A DNA stretch of 64,000 bases from Tubulanus polymorphus (taxonomy: Eukaryota; Animalia; Nemertea), in assembly GCF_964204645.1 (NCBI RefSeq), contig NC_134028.1, forward strand, positions 22,564,345-22,628,344, given 5' to 3'. The translations under genes were made by a program, and so were the position numbers. Below are positions 1-12,760 of the stretch, piece after piece. The notes beneath the pieces are model-generated. The model had not been told where the DNA came from, made no database searches, and saw only the letters and a list, made by a program, of their open reading frames with translations. Within the stretch, counting starts at the first letter, position 1, and the number at the start of each line of letters is the position of its first letter.

Positions 1-89
1 CAATCGAGGATTCCAATTGTGGCAAGTGAGAATCCGCCAGGTTCGCTAGTGTGCATTCAGACAACAACTCCCGGATTTCTTCTCAGATT
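1..89 (-). repeat. Dispersed repeat; inverted copy at ~11629-11720 and partial copy at ~55432-55480
   Basis: 1-89 is the near-exact reverse complement of AATCTGAGAAGAAATCCGGTAGTTGTTGTCTGAATGCACACTAGCGAACCTGGCGGATTCTCGCTTGCCACAAGTGGAATCCTCGATT. Confidence 0.8.
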
Positions 90-2101
90 AAATTAAAATC
101 TCCGCATAATTTCTCAAATTATTTGAATGATGATTTGTAAAATCCACCTTCTATATGAACCTAAAGATGTGAGTTTATCAAGAGGAGTCGGGATTTGCCC
201 TATTTCTAATCAGAGGGAGGATAAAAATCTAGATGAAAGTACATTGAAAATGAAATAGATTTTGACAGGGTTGTTGCACTGATACGCGCACCATCTAGTG
301 AGATAGCTGGTGGTACAGAGTCCCCAATATGCCTCACTTCTTTCGATTTCAGTTTCTTTATCAATGATAGCTTCGTAGCGGCTTAGTCGACATGGCACGT
401 TTGGCGATACACGACCAACTCGCCATCTGGTGGATACGGTATTCAGCACCTCCATCACTGGAATCTGCAATAGCTCCCGCTAGTACGAATCCATTCATGC
501 CGTGTGCCAATTGCTTCACCCGCCATCTGGTTCAAAAGAAAGAATTTAATTCGGAGACTCACTAAACATTGGCCTGATACACGATATCTTACTTCTTAAC
601 CCAGCCAAGCTCAGGGCGACTATGATCTGATCAGATCGGCGGATCCGAAGGAAGCGAGTCTACGATTTTCTTATGGGGAACCTACTCGACATGCGACAGC
701 GACGGATTTATCGCGGACCGATAAAAGATTTGCGCACCATATCAAATTATCACCATACCATGATGTAATTCATATTCAGTAGCACCAAAAATTCATAAAG
801 ACTATATGAATTTTTGTTAGAACGGTTTGGTTTTACGTTAACACGAAGCCACTGAATATAAGTGTAAAATCCTACAATAAAAGAATGAATAACTAAAACG
901 TTTCTTTAAAATATGTCGGTAGTTTTGTACCAGCCTTTTTCAGTCTAGAATGGTACATTTTCTATGTTGTTCTATATTTTGTTCTTTAATACGTTATGTA
1001 TCTATATTTCCAAATAAAGGTTTTAGTCATTCATTCTACTATTGTGGGATTTTACACATATTGTCTTATCACGGATATTCTGATCAACTGATTCATTTAC
1101 TAAATATAACTGGCTATACAAGAACTTACTAAAACGTCTAAGAATCGCTAGAAAACGTGATCATTGAACGTAAATCTTTGAAGTTAATGAACTCGTCGGC
1201 GACGACGTTGCTCCGTGTCGTGTGTTGACGTTTCGGCTGAAATCTGGATCATATTCGTGATAGATGAATGGTAATTTAAACCTAATTTAGATCGAATCTC
1301 AACGGAGAATAAATAAACCTCGGCAGAGACAGACAGAGAGAAAACGAGCGCTATATAGACGATCGCAGAACATCTGACAGCATGGCGGATCGTTCGGACA
1401 TGTATATTGTCGTAAAAACGACGTCAGGATACGAAAACATGACACGCAGTACATGAACATCGCCCTGCTCGTGATGACGGAAATTTTATGAACATTTTCT
1501 TTGAATTTTCGACTCAAAACCGACGATCTTTTTTATCCTAAATAGGGATTGACCCTGTAATTTTTTATTAGTTCGTTCGTTTTGTTTTTTGTTTTTGATT
1601 TGGTGTCCCTTATACAAACCCACCACGCCTTCTCGGAACGAAACATGGGGTCTGATTTTGAAATCGGAAATCGAAGTGCAGATATAGTTGCGTGATCGAT
1701 GGTCGAGTTTACAGAATCTTCTGTTATAACTCGAAATTTATAAATGAAAATATCGGTTCCTAAACTGATAATCTTTTTAACCGATATAATGCTGCTCCTT
1801 TTGATCGATTGAGTGCGCGCGCACTGTGTACCGCAGTGACCCTGTGTGAGATAGCACTTGAAACCAGGGAAGACACCAATGAACCAACTGTTGGACGCGA
1901 GTGTCCGTTGATCGTATGCGCGGTCACGTGCTACGCCTCAAACCGGACATGAGCAATAATAATGTGTGCGAATCCCGTTCGTCGACATCGTTCTGATGCA
2001 AAATATTCGACTATGAAGCGCTTCATGATTCGTCATAACTGGGCAAACCGTCGACTTCGTGTATACCAGATCTCAGATATCAGATTGTTCTTTAATCCTC
2101 A

Positions 2102-2343
2102 CCCGGCAGGGATTCGAACCTGATGGCATCGGGCACGGTACAAAACCCTGCCACACTTGTTTCAGCCTCAATTTAGCGCTTCCGTGAAATTTGCCCCAAC
2201 GATTATACAACGGGCAATCTGATTGGTTCCGCATAGTTTTCGTGCGCAAACCTGCGCATGTACGCGCGCACGCGGTCCAGTGTGGTGGATGTTCGTGACG
2301 TGGCTGAGTGTAGCGATGCCATCAGATTCGAATCCCTGCCGGG
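2102..2343. mobile_element. MITE with ~30 bp TIRs (family A); other copies at 41430-41740, ~57862-58140 and a fragment at ~50930-51015
   Basis: TIRs CCCGGCAGGGATTCGAACCTGATGGCATCG ... CGATGCCATCAGATTCGAATCCCTGCCGGG. The internal sequence (CAATCTGATTG, GTGAAATTTG) is shared with the other copies. Confidence 0.8.
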
Positions 2344-3685
2344 ATGATGTTGTTTTTGAACAAGTCCTTTTATAATATTTGTTTATATGAAGAAGAGAAC
2401 GGAAAATGGACTATATATAGGGCCTTAATACTCGAATGGAGGCTCAGTGATCCATTTTATCTTTATTTTTAACATACGCGTAAAATGGAACATGATTATG
2501 CATGTTTTGTACTTTAAAAGATACATTAAAAAGCTACAAAGTTAAATGTTACCTCGAAAAACAGATAATTATGCGATGAATAAGCATAATTGCCTTATTA
2601 ATTGTTCCATGATACACGACACACGTCATAATGGTGCATTTAATTTGATATATACATAGATGATTAGGTTCTCTAGACGTAATGCTTGTTTATCGTATCT
2701 CTGGAGATAAAATACATCCCGGTCAATGGTTAAAATGACAATAAATAAATGAAAACACGACGGACAACGTAGTGTATATCACGCGAATTAGAAATCAGTG
2801 GCGTATTTATGAACATCAGACTGCATCAGTTGCTGGTATTAGAGAGGGTATCAGTAAACGTTTCATCCGTCGTAAATGCACTGGCGCACTGCTCTCTGGC
2901 GGATCCGGGGGCGCGAGGGCGAGTGCACCCCCTTTTTTCGGGCGAGTGGCCTTGGAATTTTCTCCGAGACTTTCTGTTGGAAAGTGGTGAAATTGTGAAT
3001 AAATATTTCATTCGTAATTTCAACTAGGAAAGTGCTCTAAACGCACCCAAAATGCATTATTTCCGAGCATCCCGAGAAGTAGTGACCAAAGTAGCGCACC
3101 CCTTTTCTCCGAAAAGCTAAATACGCCTAGTATGCGTAGGTCGACCTTAGGAACTGCTGGCCACGCAAGCAACTCCTCCCCCCCCCTCACCCCTACCCCT
3201 GTTAATTGTCGCTTGCAGTCGCAAGGCAGCTTGTAGCTCAACCGGTATTTACGACGCCGCGACCGTCTCTTGCAGCGGTTGCGGAGAATCGCGTCGCACG
3301 CTCATAGGGCGGTCTCAAGGCCGACGACCAACACCCGTCTTTTCCTTTCGAATACATATCGCAGTTGACGCCGATCTACTATTTGTACCGACCGTAATCA
3401 CTCACAACACTCTCTCTCTCTTTCAAAACGTTGCTACGCACTCACTACGGAAAGGCGATGAATTTGCGAGCACGCTGTTAATTCTGACTCCACACCAGTC
3501 TGTCTAATCGCACGGTGGCATACACTTGCCAGGGCTAATTCGTACATATAGTTTCGAGGATACATAGAAACGCCAGGTTGCAGCAGTGAGCTTTTATCAT
3601 CGTTCCCCGACGTGTCTACAATATAGATTATATATAGGCGCATACTGCTCATGTGGAACTTCGGCGAAAAATCTAACAGAAGAAG

Positions 3686-5940
3686 ATGGATAGAATTTGG
3701 ACCTACATTTTGTTTATCGTCGTTTCAGTCGTATTTCTGATCGTAACGAGTAAGTTTTCAATTTTAATAAGTTCAATATCGTAGATTTTCTGTAAATTTC
3801 GAAATCTTCAACGAAAAAGTCATATCTAATTTTGTGAAACATCGGGTGCAGTCAGTCGACTACAGCGTTTAGTGGCGACATTCGATCGCATTGTAGCGAA
3901 ACACATTTTTCCGCGGTCCTCGCATTTATTGAAAGTCATTTCTTGATAAATAATACGAGATTCAAAACAAAAATTAGAAATGTAAGTTTTCCAAAATTTT
4001 GCAGATATATATTCTAAATTTGTTGCCACGGACTTTCTTTATCAAGGGCTCGATATCTTCTGTCGAATCTGATAGATACCTGTAGATTTCTGATAGATCT
4101 TCTTCGCTGCGTATACACAGTTCCCACATCAGTATCGAGGCGTTGGCTCAAGTTCCTAGTTCTTTTTAGTCAATCCAGAAAGCACAGTCTTACCTCTAAC
4201 GCATTTTTAGATTTCGAGGATTGTGGTCAAAAAACAATATTTGAAAGTGTTACCTGACTTACGATACATTTCTTTGCAAAAAAAGTCCGTAAAAACATAG
4301 TTCTACGTTTTATAGCATGTGTCGTGTGTTCCAAGACATGATATGCACACAGACCGGTTTCATAGACTGGTATCAACTTAAAGGGTTAAAATTAACATCA
4401 GTCCATGAAACCGGGCGTCGACTTTTCGTAGAAATGAATTGATTGATCTTGCAATAAATGCTATCAGTACAGACATCTGTACGACTCGCGATCCGGCTTT
4501 CGAAACGGGCTATAAGTGGATTAAAACGAAGTATCAATAGAAATTGTCGTTTTAAAATTCAGGACTGGTTGCGCTGAGAATGTTTACTCCAAAAGTGTCG
4601 AGTATTGTTCGCCGGAATCAGTTACGGATTGGAAATAAGTAATCGGTTTCCATCTTACATAACGACCCTATTTTGCAATTCAATCCGGGTTTTGCAACGA
4701 AAAAGAAAACCATTAATCAATCAAACAATCATTTAAGAAATTCTCACATTCGCTTCGAACTTAATAAAGAAGTTTCCGGTTTCTAGCGCCATTTTGTGGT
4801 GGTCCCTCGAGGTCCCAATTGTTGCGTTTATTCCCACTTATTTTTGAAACATATATTAAGATTAAATCCCAATTAGCTCTACAACCCCACGCTTGAAAAA
4901 CTTGATTTATTCATCATTTTAAAGGAAATGAAATGCAGATATTTGACGGTGATTCTTGGGGTTTTTTTTATTGCATATTCTAATTAGAGAACAGTGACGA
5001 CGTGTAACCACCAAGGACCGCATATTTTAAACGTCGCATCAAAAGAAAATCATCTAAAGTCATGTTTTGGATTACTTAATGTCCACCTTCGCTTCATATT
5101 CTAAGCATTTTATCAGGAGATTGGGATGAAATTTCTAGAAGACTCGATTATGTCTAGTTCTCAGCTATATATGAACACGAGATGGGTGTAAGAGAACACG
5201 ATTAAAAGCGACGAAAGACATGTTGTAATTTGATGAATACAACACGTACATCGCTTTCCTTTGTTCGTCGAAGATCTAATGAAGAGAAATGTTATAACGG
5301 GTTTATATAAGTAGACTTCATTCTCGATGGGAAATTATTCTGCTTCGCCACATGATGATTATGTTTAAAACTGAAACCTTAAAAGCAGCGTCAACACAAT
5401 AAATCTCATATTCCAATGAGACCAACATGAATCAAATCTTACTTAGCCATTTGAAAATGAAATGACTTTTATGGTTATTCAATCTAAGTTAGTTAAGGTA
5501 ATGTCAGTGTTATGTCTGACGAGTCTAGACGCTCAGTGTTTGTGGCAAGTTGTAATTACGTTTTGATTGCATTTCACCATGTATAACATCTCGATAGGTC
5601 TAGATGGAACTGACCTCCTGGACTCGAGGAGTCACGGCTTTCTTATAACGTGGTTATTGCGCTCTTCCGATTGGCCACTTTTTGACCCCTCTGCTCTTCT
5701 CGCACTCTCCTCATCTCGTCTTCCCTCCCCTCTACTCTTCTCACCCTCTCTCCCTATCTCCTCTCCCCTCTCTACTCATCTTACCCTGTCTCACCACTGT
5801 CTCTCGTGAACGGTTCATACCTAAGAATAGACAAAGGACGTACAGTTTCGTCGTTGTCTCTGGTTAAAGGTTACTCTTTCTCGGAATTCCCTCCAAGATC
5901 TCGAGCGTTGACGTATTAGATATCCGGATAGGATAGCTCA

Positions 5941-5991
<51 letters not shown>

Positions 5992-8900
5992 TTTGTGCCT
6001 CAGAAACTGAAACGCGTATGTCGTTTTTCTGAGAAAAAGAATCTCTAAGGAGTCTCTATATAGCGAAAGAGCGAGATGGTCTAAATTAGTATCTGTTGAA
6101 CTTCGTCGTGTTAACTCTTTTAACGAGCAGCGAAATTGGGTTCTTCAAAAACGTATATCGAAAACATTTCACAAGTCTTAAAATAGAAAGCGATAGAATT
6201 GGAGAATTAACGGAGGGTATTACATCATATTGTGAATGGTCCAAATTAAGCATCTAAATTAAAGCAAATGGAGACGCTTTTAGTTGGTAATGGAGGGGAG
6301 ATGCAAAGTACCGATGAAATTTAGCTTTTCTTTTTATTATACATTCCAAAATTTACATTATAAAAAGTGAGTGTGCTTTATAAAGCACTTATCTAACCAT
6401 AAAAGGAACTGCTCTTTGACATGGTAGCCTAGTTATACATGGGAAATCTACGGTTCTTCCCGCCTCAAAGTATATTCGAAAAGCGCCTTCAATGAAAAAC
6501 GTCGAATCGTAAAAAACGAATTACGCTTAAATAATTACCTTATTGAGTTACAGTGCCATTTACCGATACCATTTAGATTTCAGTGATTTAGATTTTAGAC
6601 GACGAGTGCTAAGTTTTTTAATTTGTTGCTGTTTTTACATATTGTAGGGATACCTGGAATCCTTAAACCGACGAGAACGAATAAGGTTTACCTAAGTTTT
6701 TCATAGAATTCAGGCAAATTTCACTGAATTTTCTAGAATTAGGTGTTATGCGGCGTTGTTCATTAAATGTTTTGCGAACACGGCATCGGAAGATTATATC
6801 ATAGTGAAATAGATACCAACCTCGCATACACAGGTTTTTTTTAGGTCGCGCGGGAAAAATTAATCATACATTCCAGGATATATTAGGAAAAGCGTTGTTA
6901 TAGTAAGTAATGAGCTGAGTCTGTCTGGAACTATTACTTATATTTTCATACCAGTCACTTGCAGCGTGTAATTCAAGGTAAATTCCTTATCAGACCCTTG
7001 AGCTAAGAACGTTACTAACTACATTAACCGTAGACCGCTGATCTCTCGCGTTCGAAAAACGAGCAATCATGCCTGTAGAAATTTCTCCACTCTATACACC
7101 AGACCTTTTTCATTTCATTCGCGCGTATGCGTGGCATTGAGGTAAAACAGATTCTCCGTCAACGTCTCGAGTAACTACAGTTCGAAAAAAAATCGAAAAA
7201 TATCCGATGTTCTTAGGATTTGCCTTCGGATCTATCGAAATAATGAACGATTTACAAACGCCGAGATAAATCGACGGTATATGCTGCTCGAACGGAGATA
7301 ACGCGATTCATTTTAAACGGCATGGATCTCGATTAGAAAGTGGATGGTTTAGGTGTTTTTCTCAAGAAAAACGCATAGATCGTCTAAGTTTCCCTCGCTC
7401 CTTATCTCCTCTCTTCATTCCCGTCCTCTCCTCTATTTCATCCTATATCCTCTATTATCCCCATCCATCCAATATCTCTTCTTGCACACGCAATATGTTC
7501 CACCCGAAACCTGAATAGCTTCCCATTATATTCCTCCTCATAAACTCACTCCGTCGCATAAATCTACAATTATTTATTGACAATATACACGTCAAATTAC
7601 ACAGCAATTTTTAGTGAATACATGAGTTATTCCGCTTCTGCTCTTGCTGTAAAGGAAATACGGCCACCTTCGTGACTGTTAGGGCAAATAAGTATTGCCG
7701 ACGATTTTGCCGCGGCGGCGGTGTCGAGTAATCAGATTATTACAGCGAACTAATAGAATTGATAAACCATAGCAACCGTTCTGGACGATTCATTAGAATG
7801 TAACGTAGACACTAGAAAAGACGAAATTAGTTTTGCGAGGTTGAGGTTATTTTCGCACTTGTATATCTGTGAATAATTAGAAGTTAGTTGGTTTAGCTGA
7901 GACAAAGATGGCCTCGAGCTAATCACGAATCCGTCATCACAATTAGTACCCTATCGTTGGAATTATCTGGCAGTAGCTTGTCAATTAATATAGTGTACGC
8001 TATGATCCAGATCACTGTGAGTTAGAGTTATGCTCGTTTAAATTTCGATTTGTTAACTCTGAGTCAAACCCCAACTCAGGACCCAGTTCCACAGTTGTGA
8101 GTTAGAGTTAACTCTGAGTTAAAATTAGTTCATTTTCAATGAGTTAACTCAGGTTCAAATTTTAACTCCGAACTGTGGAACTGGAACCTCAGAACTTTAG
8201 AACTGGTTCCTGGTTGTTTTGAACGAAGTAATGTAATGTATCTTATCCACCTTTGTATACAAAATACACGGCGTGCCAGATTATAACACGGGTAGCATCT
8301 CGCGCAAAGTCACGTCTTATATTTTTTTCAATTCTACTTTTCGATGAAAAAGTCTGAAATCCATGCTGAAAACAAGCATTGGCCATCGACGTATCAATAT
8401 TTCCCGGTTTCCATCATACTTGACTCGGTGCCGGGATATTCCGAGGTTAGAGCCGTTTTCTAGGCACTTCGTTATACACGGCCAAAACCGCTGTCGCTGA
8501 GTGATATTTCCTGTCCTGATCCCGAAATAACCGCCGCGATATCGAGCCGAAATCAAGTTCAAAAATAGTTTTCTTCGAAGCAAAATGAAGGACTCGCGAT
8601 GAAGTGGCTGTTGTGCCCGTAAAAGTCTGTCTAAAGGACAACGATCGATATAGCCGTCAAATCGTGGATCTATACAAGTTGAAACGGCTAAAAGAAACAT
8701 GGCATGATGGCTACTAAGATGCATTAGGTCTGCCACATCTGAACGTCTTTTAATGGACATTCATTATCATCGAGGATGTCGTGCTTTCTAATTGTGAGTC
8801 CGGCTTGGCGGTATTCAAACAAAATGCGAATACCACCGAAAAATGTCCGAAAAAAGGTCCATAAACGCAAACACAATTTAGTCCGGTGTTTTTCACTTGT

Positions 8901-11900
8901 TATTTTTCACTGTTCACTTGTTTTTCGCTGCTATAGAATTTGCAATTTCGATTTGGTTATTGATTTTCGAAAATACAACGTCACAACATGATTGTCAATG
9001 AAATTGAAATAAAAAGGGCTACAAAGAATTAAGAATTACAGGTCATAATATAGTTCACATGTGGTACGTCAAATCATATTTATAGCTTGAAACCCGATTT
9101 GACCGCTAAAATCCAAAAACTCTAAACTTTTCATCGTTAAAAGATCTACAAATATCATTCGCACAAATGTCTGTCACGTAATATTTCGTTCTATTATCAA
9201 ACGTATGACACGCTATGGTGTTGTGTATAGTTCATCAGTCTCGCCTACGCGGTTGCGCAAGTATCACAGAAGGATAAATTACGACTCGAAAAAAAATACT
9301 GAATAGCATCGATTAAACTTAACTCGCACCGATAATCCGTAAACACGTGTTCGACGGTTTGCGATGGAATACCCGGACTCCGCTCTGCTGATATAGCCTC
9401 GTTGAACCGCGGTAAATCTCGTGGTAAATCTGCTCGAATAATCGCGAATAGAAACCGATGATTAATCGTTCGTTAAGATAGTAGAAGTCAAAAACCGTAG
9501 CGAGTTTAGACAAACAGGTGTTGAACACGGGGTGTGTGAAATTGAAGCGGTTCTCCGCAGCGGAGATTCAGATCTTTCAGTAGTTTGTAACGTCTTTATA
9601 GAAAAATCTGTTTGCGTGTGTTCGATGTATGGAATAGTTTACTGAACAACCCGAATGTGTAAACCCGAGGACAGATTTTTGGAAATATTTTCAAACATCT
9701 CAACAATCTGCTTTCCATTGACTGTCTAATTCTATATCGAAGAAAAAACCAACGGAAATGAGGATTATCACGTCTCGACTAAAATGCTATTGAGCTATTT
9801 TCAAACAAGCCTATTTTTGGGAACTGATCTTTGGAAATATACTTGTCGTGAAAATGACTGAGTGTATATTCATAGTGCACCCATGCAAATATTACTGTTA
9901 TTCATTACCGATTCAATTGAAATAATGAAATGAAAATAAAATCATATCTTATATCATTTCGAAGATATTCAATGCTTTCCTGCTTGTTTTTAACTAGGAA
10001 TTTGCCCTTGTTGTTTATACCCTGCTGAAATACTATAGTTTTTCCGAGCGGAAAAAGCAGTCTGTCTGGCTGGCTTCAATCATAAGAGAAACTAGCATCG
10101 CGCTCGTTATATTCACATCGAGTTCGGTCGTCCTTTTTCGCGCGAATAACGTGTTGTCTGCAGCTGTGCGGAGAGCCTCTTTCGTCAAAAACCCGATAGA
10201 ATTCTCGCCGCGCACAGGATGTGTAGTATACCGCCATCATTTCCGAGCAAACATACGCGCATTGTTTCACGTAAAATGTTTGCCCGGTTTTGCCGAAGTA
10301 CACGGCGACGGTTTTGCCGAAGTTTATTTCTGGTATTAACTCGCGGTATGAAACCAATCATCAGCGACGGCGGCGGCGGCGGTGGCCACGCGATGGATGC
10401 GGGGTATATCATCTTTAGCAGACGATTGATGATGTTTGTTGACATCATTTTGCGGTGAAGCGCTTCAACGAGAAAATTTGACCGCCTCGCTAAACATCGA
10501 CATATTGTGGACAGAGTAATTTTCATTAGGTTGATGATGCATGAGGTATTTACTGGTGATACCAGTTCCACAGTTCTGAGGTAAGATTTAACTCTGAGCT
10601 AACTCATTGAAAATGAACTAACTTTAACTCAGAGTTAACTGTACTCACAACCGTGGAACTTGGCCCCGATGTTAAAGAAGGAAGACTCCGGCAAACATCG
10701 TATCTGAAATACCCGATCATTTCTCATTGGTGATCATCCCATATTCCTTGATACCAAGAATTATCCAGAAATAGTTCCTATCTCACGATTGATAGAACAC
10801 TATATCCGTGTTGACGCGATGTAGAGAGAATCCCACAATGATAAGGAAAAAGTCCGAAAATGTAACTTTGAGAAGTTTGCTTCCCTTTAATATATTTTAT
10901 ACATCTATCTACTATATCAAAGTTACATTTTCGGACTTTTTCCTTATCATTGTGGGATTCGCTCTACAGTTCCTCTCTCCCACTTTCCATCCCTCTCTCC
11001 CTCTCTCCCTCTCTCCCTCTCTCCCTCTCTCCCCCTCTCCCCCTCTCCCCCTCTCCCCCTCTCCCCCTCTCCCCCTCTCCCCCTCTCCCCCTCTCCCCCC
11101 TCCCTATCCCCCTCTCCCCCTCTCCCCCTCTCTCCTCTCTCTCCATCTCTTCCTAGTGAGATTCTCTCTCCATCTCTTCCTAGTGAGATTGTTTGATGAG
11201 TGCATCGACCGGTGCAACTACTGCATTAAACGGAAAAAACCCACGAGCAAAAGCTATTATAGCAATTAATGTCTTGAATTATAGTATAATCCATTATTTC
11301 CGTAGAGGGAGTGAGAGCGATAGAACGGTTGAGAGATAGAGGGGGAGAGAGATAGATCGGGTTGGCTCGTATTTTAAGTCGAACGTTCCTCGTGTCCATC
11401 GCCGTAATCCTAACCATCAATCAGATTAATCTGCAATCGAGTCGAGCACTTTACAGCAGGCGCAGGAGCAACACGGTAGACAGACGCAAGCTCCAGAAAC
11501 AAGCCCGTTACGGCAAATACTTTCATCATAATCAAATAATCCGCATGTTGGTGACAATGGCAAATTTTTGGGTATTTTCTTTTTTTTTGTTCATTCTTAT
11601 TTCTAAAATTATGGATAGATTTTAATTGAATCTGAGAAGAAATCCGGTAGTTGTTGTCTGAATGCACACTAGCGAACCTGGCGGATTCTCGCTTGCCACA
11701 AGTGGAATCCTCGATTACCACAGTCGAACGTAGAGTCCTTATTAATTACAAAAACCGTTTGAACTCGTTGCGGACTGGGCATAGCGCCGCGTGTTCTCTG
11801 TACTTTAGTCATCCTAGCAAAATGGATATGAATTATTATTTGTCATCCGTCTTAATCATTTTTGAATATACGTAATGCATCTGATCATTCTCTGATCATT

Positions 11901-12760
11901 CCACGATTGTTATTTCTGGGTTTTTTTTTTTCAGCCGAAGCTATTTTGTGTTCGCAATGTGATTCCAAAAAAGATATTTCCTGTCAGCTTAATCCGCCCA
12001 TGCCGACCAACTGTACGGAAGAAAATCAATTCTGCATCGTCATCGAGGAAAAAGACGAGAACGGTAAGTCATGTTTTGGTATCGGTTCGAAGAGAAAAGT
12101 CCCGTTGAGGCTGGTGAAGTCACGAGAATTACGAAACGAGGAGTCTATTTCGTGGCCTGAAAGAGACGTGCGTTGAAATGTAAATAAAAAACAAGACGTT
12201 GACGTACGAACTCCTCGTTTTAGCGCGAAAGAATCGGTGATATGATATCAAGGGATTCATATCATCAATACGAAGTTTTTGTTTGCTATATCGTTATTGA
12301 AATATCAAGTTCCACGAATGTTTTTCATATACACAAGCGTTGGCGCTATCGTTAAGGCTCAAATGAAAATGCTGAGCTATGATTCGTTACTTTGTGGGTC
12401 CTGCCTTTCCCTGATTCGCTGGTTCAACGAATAAGTCTTACCTTACGACTTGTTCATATAATTCGTTCGTCTTTTCGACACTTGATTCTGCATAGCCCCG
12501 ATGTCCGAACAATAATCAACGACTTTCTCATTTCAGATACCCTTCTAAGCGTGAGTCGTGGATGTAGCCCGCTCAGTATGAGTACAGATTGTTTACCGGG
12601 AACTGGCCCGGAAAATCGCGCTTTGACTTTATGCTACATTAGTTGTCAGGAAGACGGCTGCAACGAAGCCAACTACAGCCGAGGCCAGTACACCGTTATT
12701 GCCGCAGCGACCTCTATCGCTGTTTACCTGATTCAACGGATCCTCGCCATTTCGGATTAG
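3686..12760 (+). CDS. Ly6/uPAR three-finger protein (Quiver/Sleepless-like), probably GPI-anchored, ~138 aa, 3 coding exons
   Basis: Exons 3686-3749 (MDRIWTYILFIVVSVVFLIVT, signal peptide, phase-1 GTAAGT donor), 11935-12063 (EAILCSQCDSKKDISC...C...FC) and 12537-12760 (SRGC...C...CYISCQEDGCN plus hydrophobic tail). The domain has 10 Cys ending in the DxCN motif, and all phases match. A TATA-like TATATAG lies at about 3631. Confidence 0.85.
8080..8186. mobile_element. Palindromic ~105 bp MITE (family B, PIF/Harbinger-like); copies at ~10561-10667 and ~15808-15910
   Basis: TIRs CCAGTTCCACAGTT ... AACTGTGGAACTGG with the shared core GAGTTAACTCTGAGTTAA..TTAGTTCATTTTCAATGAG. Confidence 0.75.
10820..10968. 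repeat. Foldback: 52-bp inverted repeat arms (1 mismatch), 45-bp loop
   Basis: Arms 10820-10871 and 10917-10968 (TGTAGAGAGAATCCCACAATGATAAGGAAAAAGTCCGAAAATGTAACTTTGA). Confidence 0.9.

Larger units (their letters stand above)
3826..11529 (-). pseudogene. Putative decayed TGF-beta superfamily ligand gene nested antisense in Ly6 intron 1
   Basis: Exon-like blocks at 11415-11529, 9330-9429, 8447-8630, 7029-7174 and 6142 to ~5845 (contains RQRR). A mature-domain-like frame at 4203-3826 reads C...N*ELEP.PRY*CGNC...YQEMTFNKCEDRGKMCFATMRSNVATKRCSR with several in-frame stops. Similarity was judged by eye only. Confidence 0.45.

Noticed and set aside
8317-8760. 147-aa minus-strand ORF as a standalone gene
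   Set aside because: It shows no family signal, and a different frame (8447-8630) fits the splice phases better.
10033-10571. Cluster of overlapping GC-rich ORFs, including a possible small phase-1 exon (DDIPRIHRVATAAAAVADDWFHTA)
   Set aside because: There is no recognisable motif and the splice sites are weak. It is not needed for the nested gene model, though it cannot be excluded.
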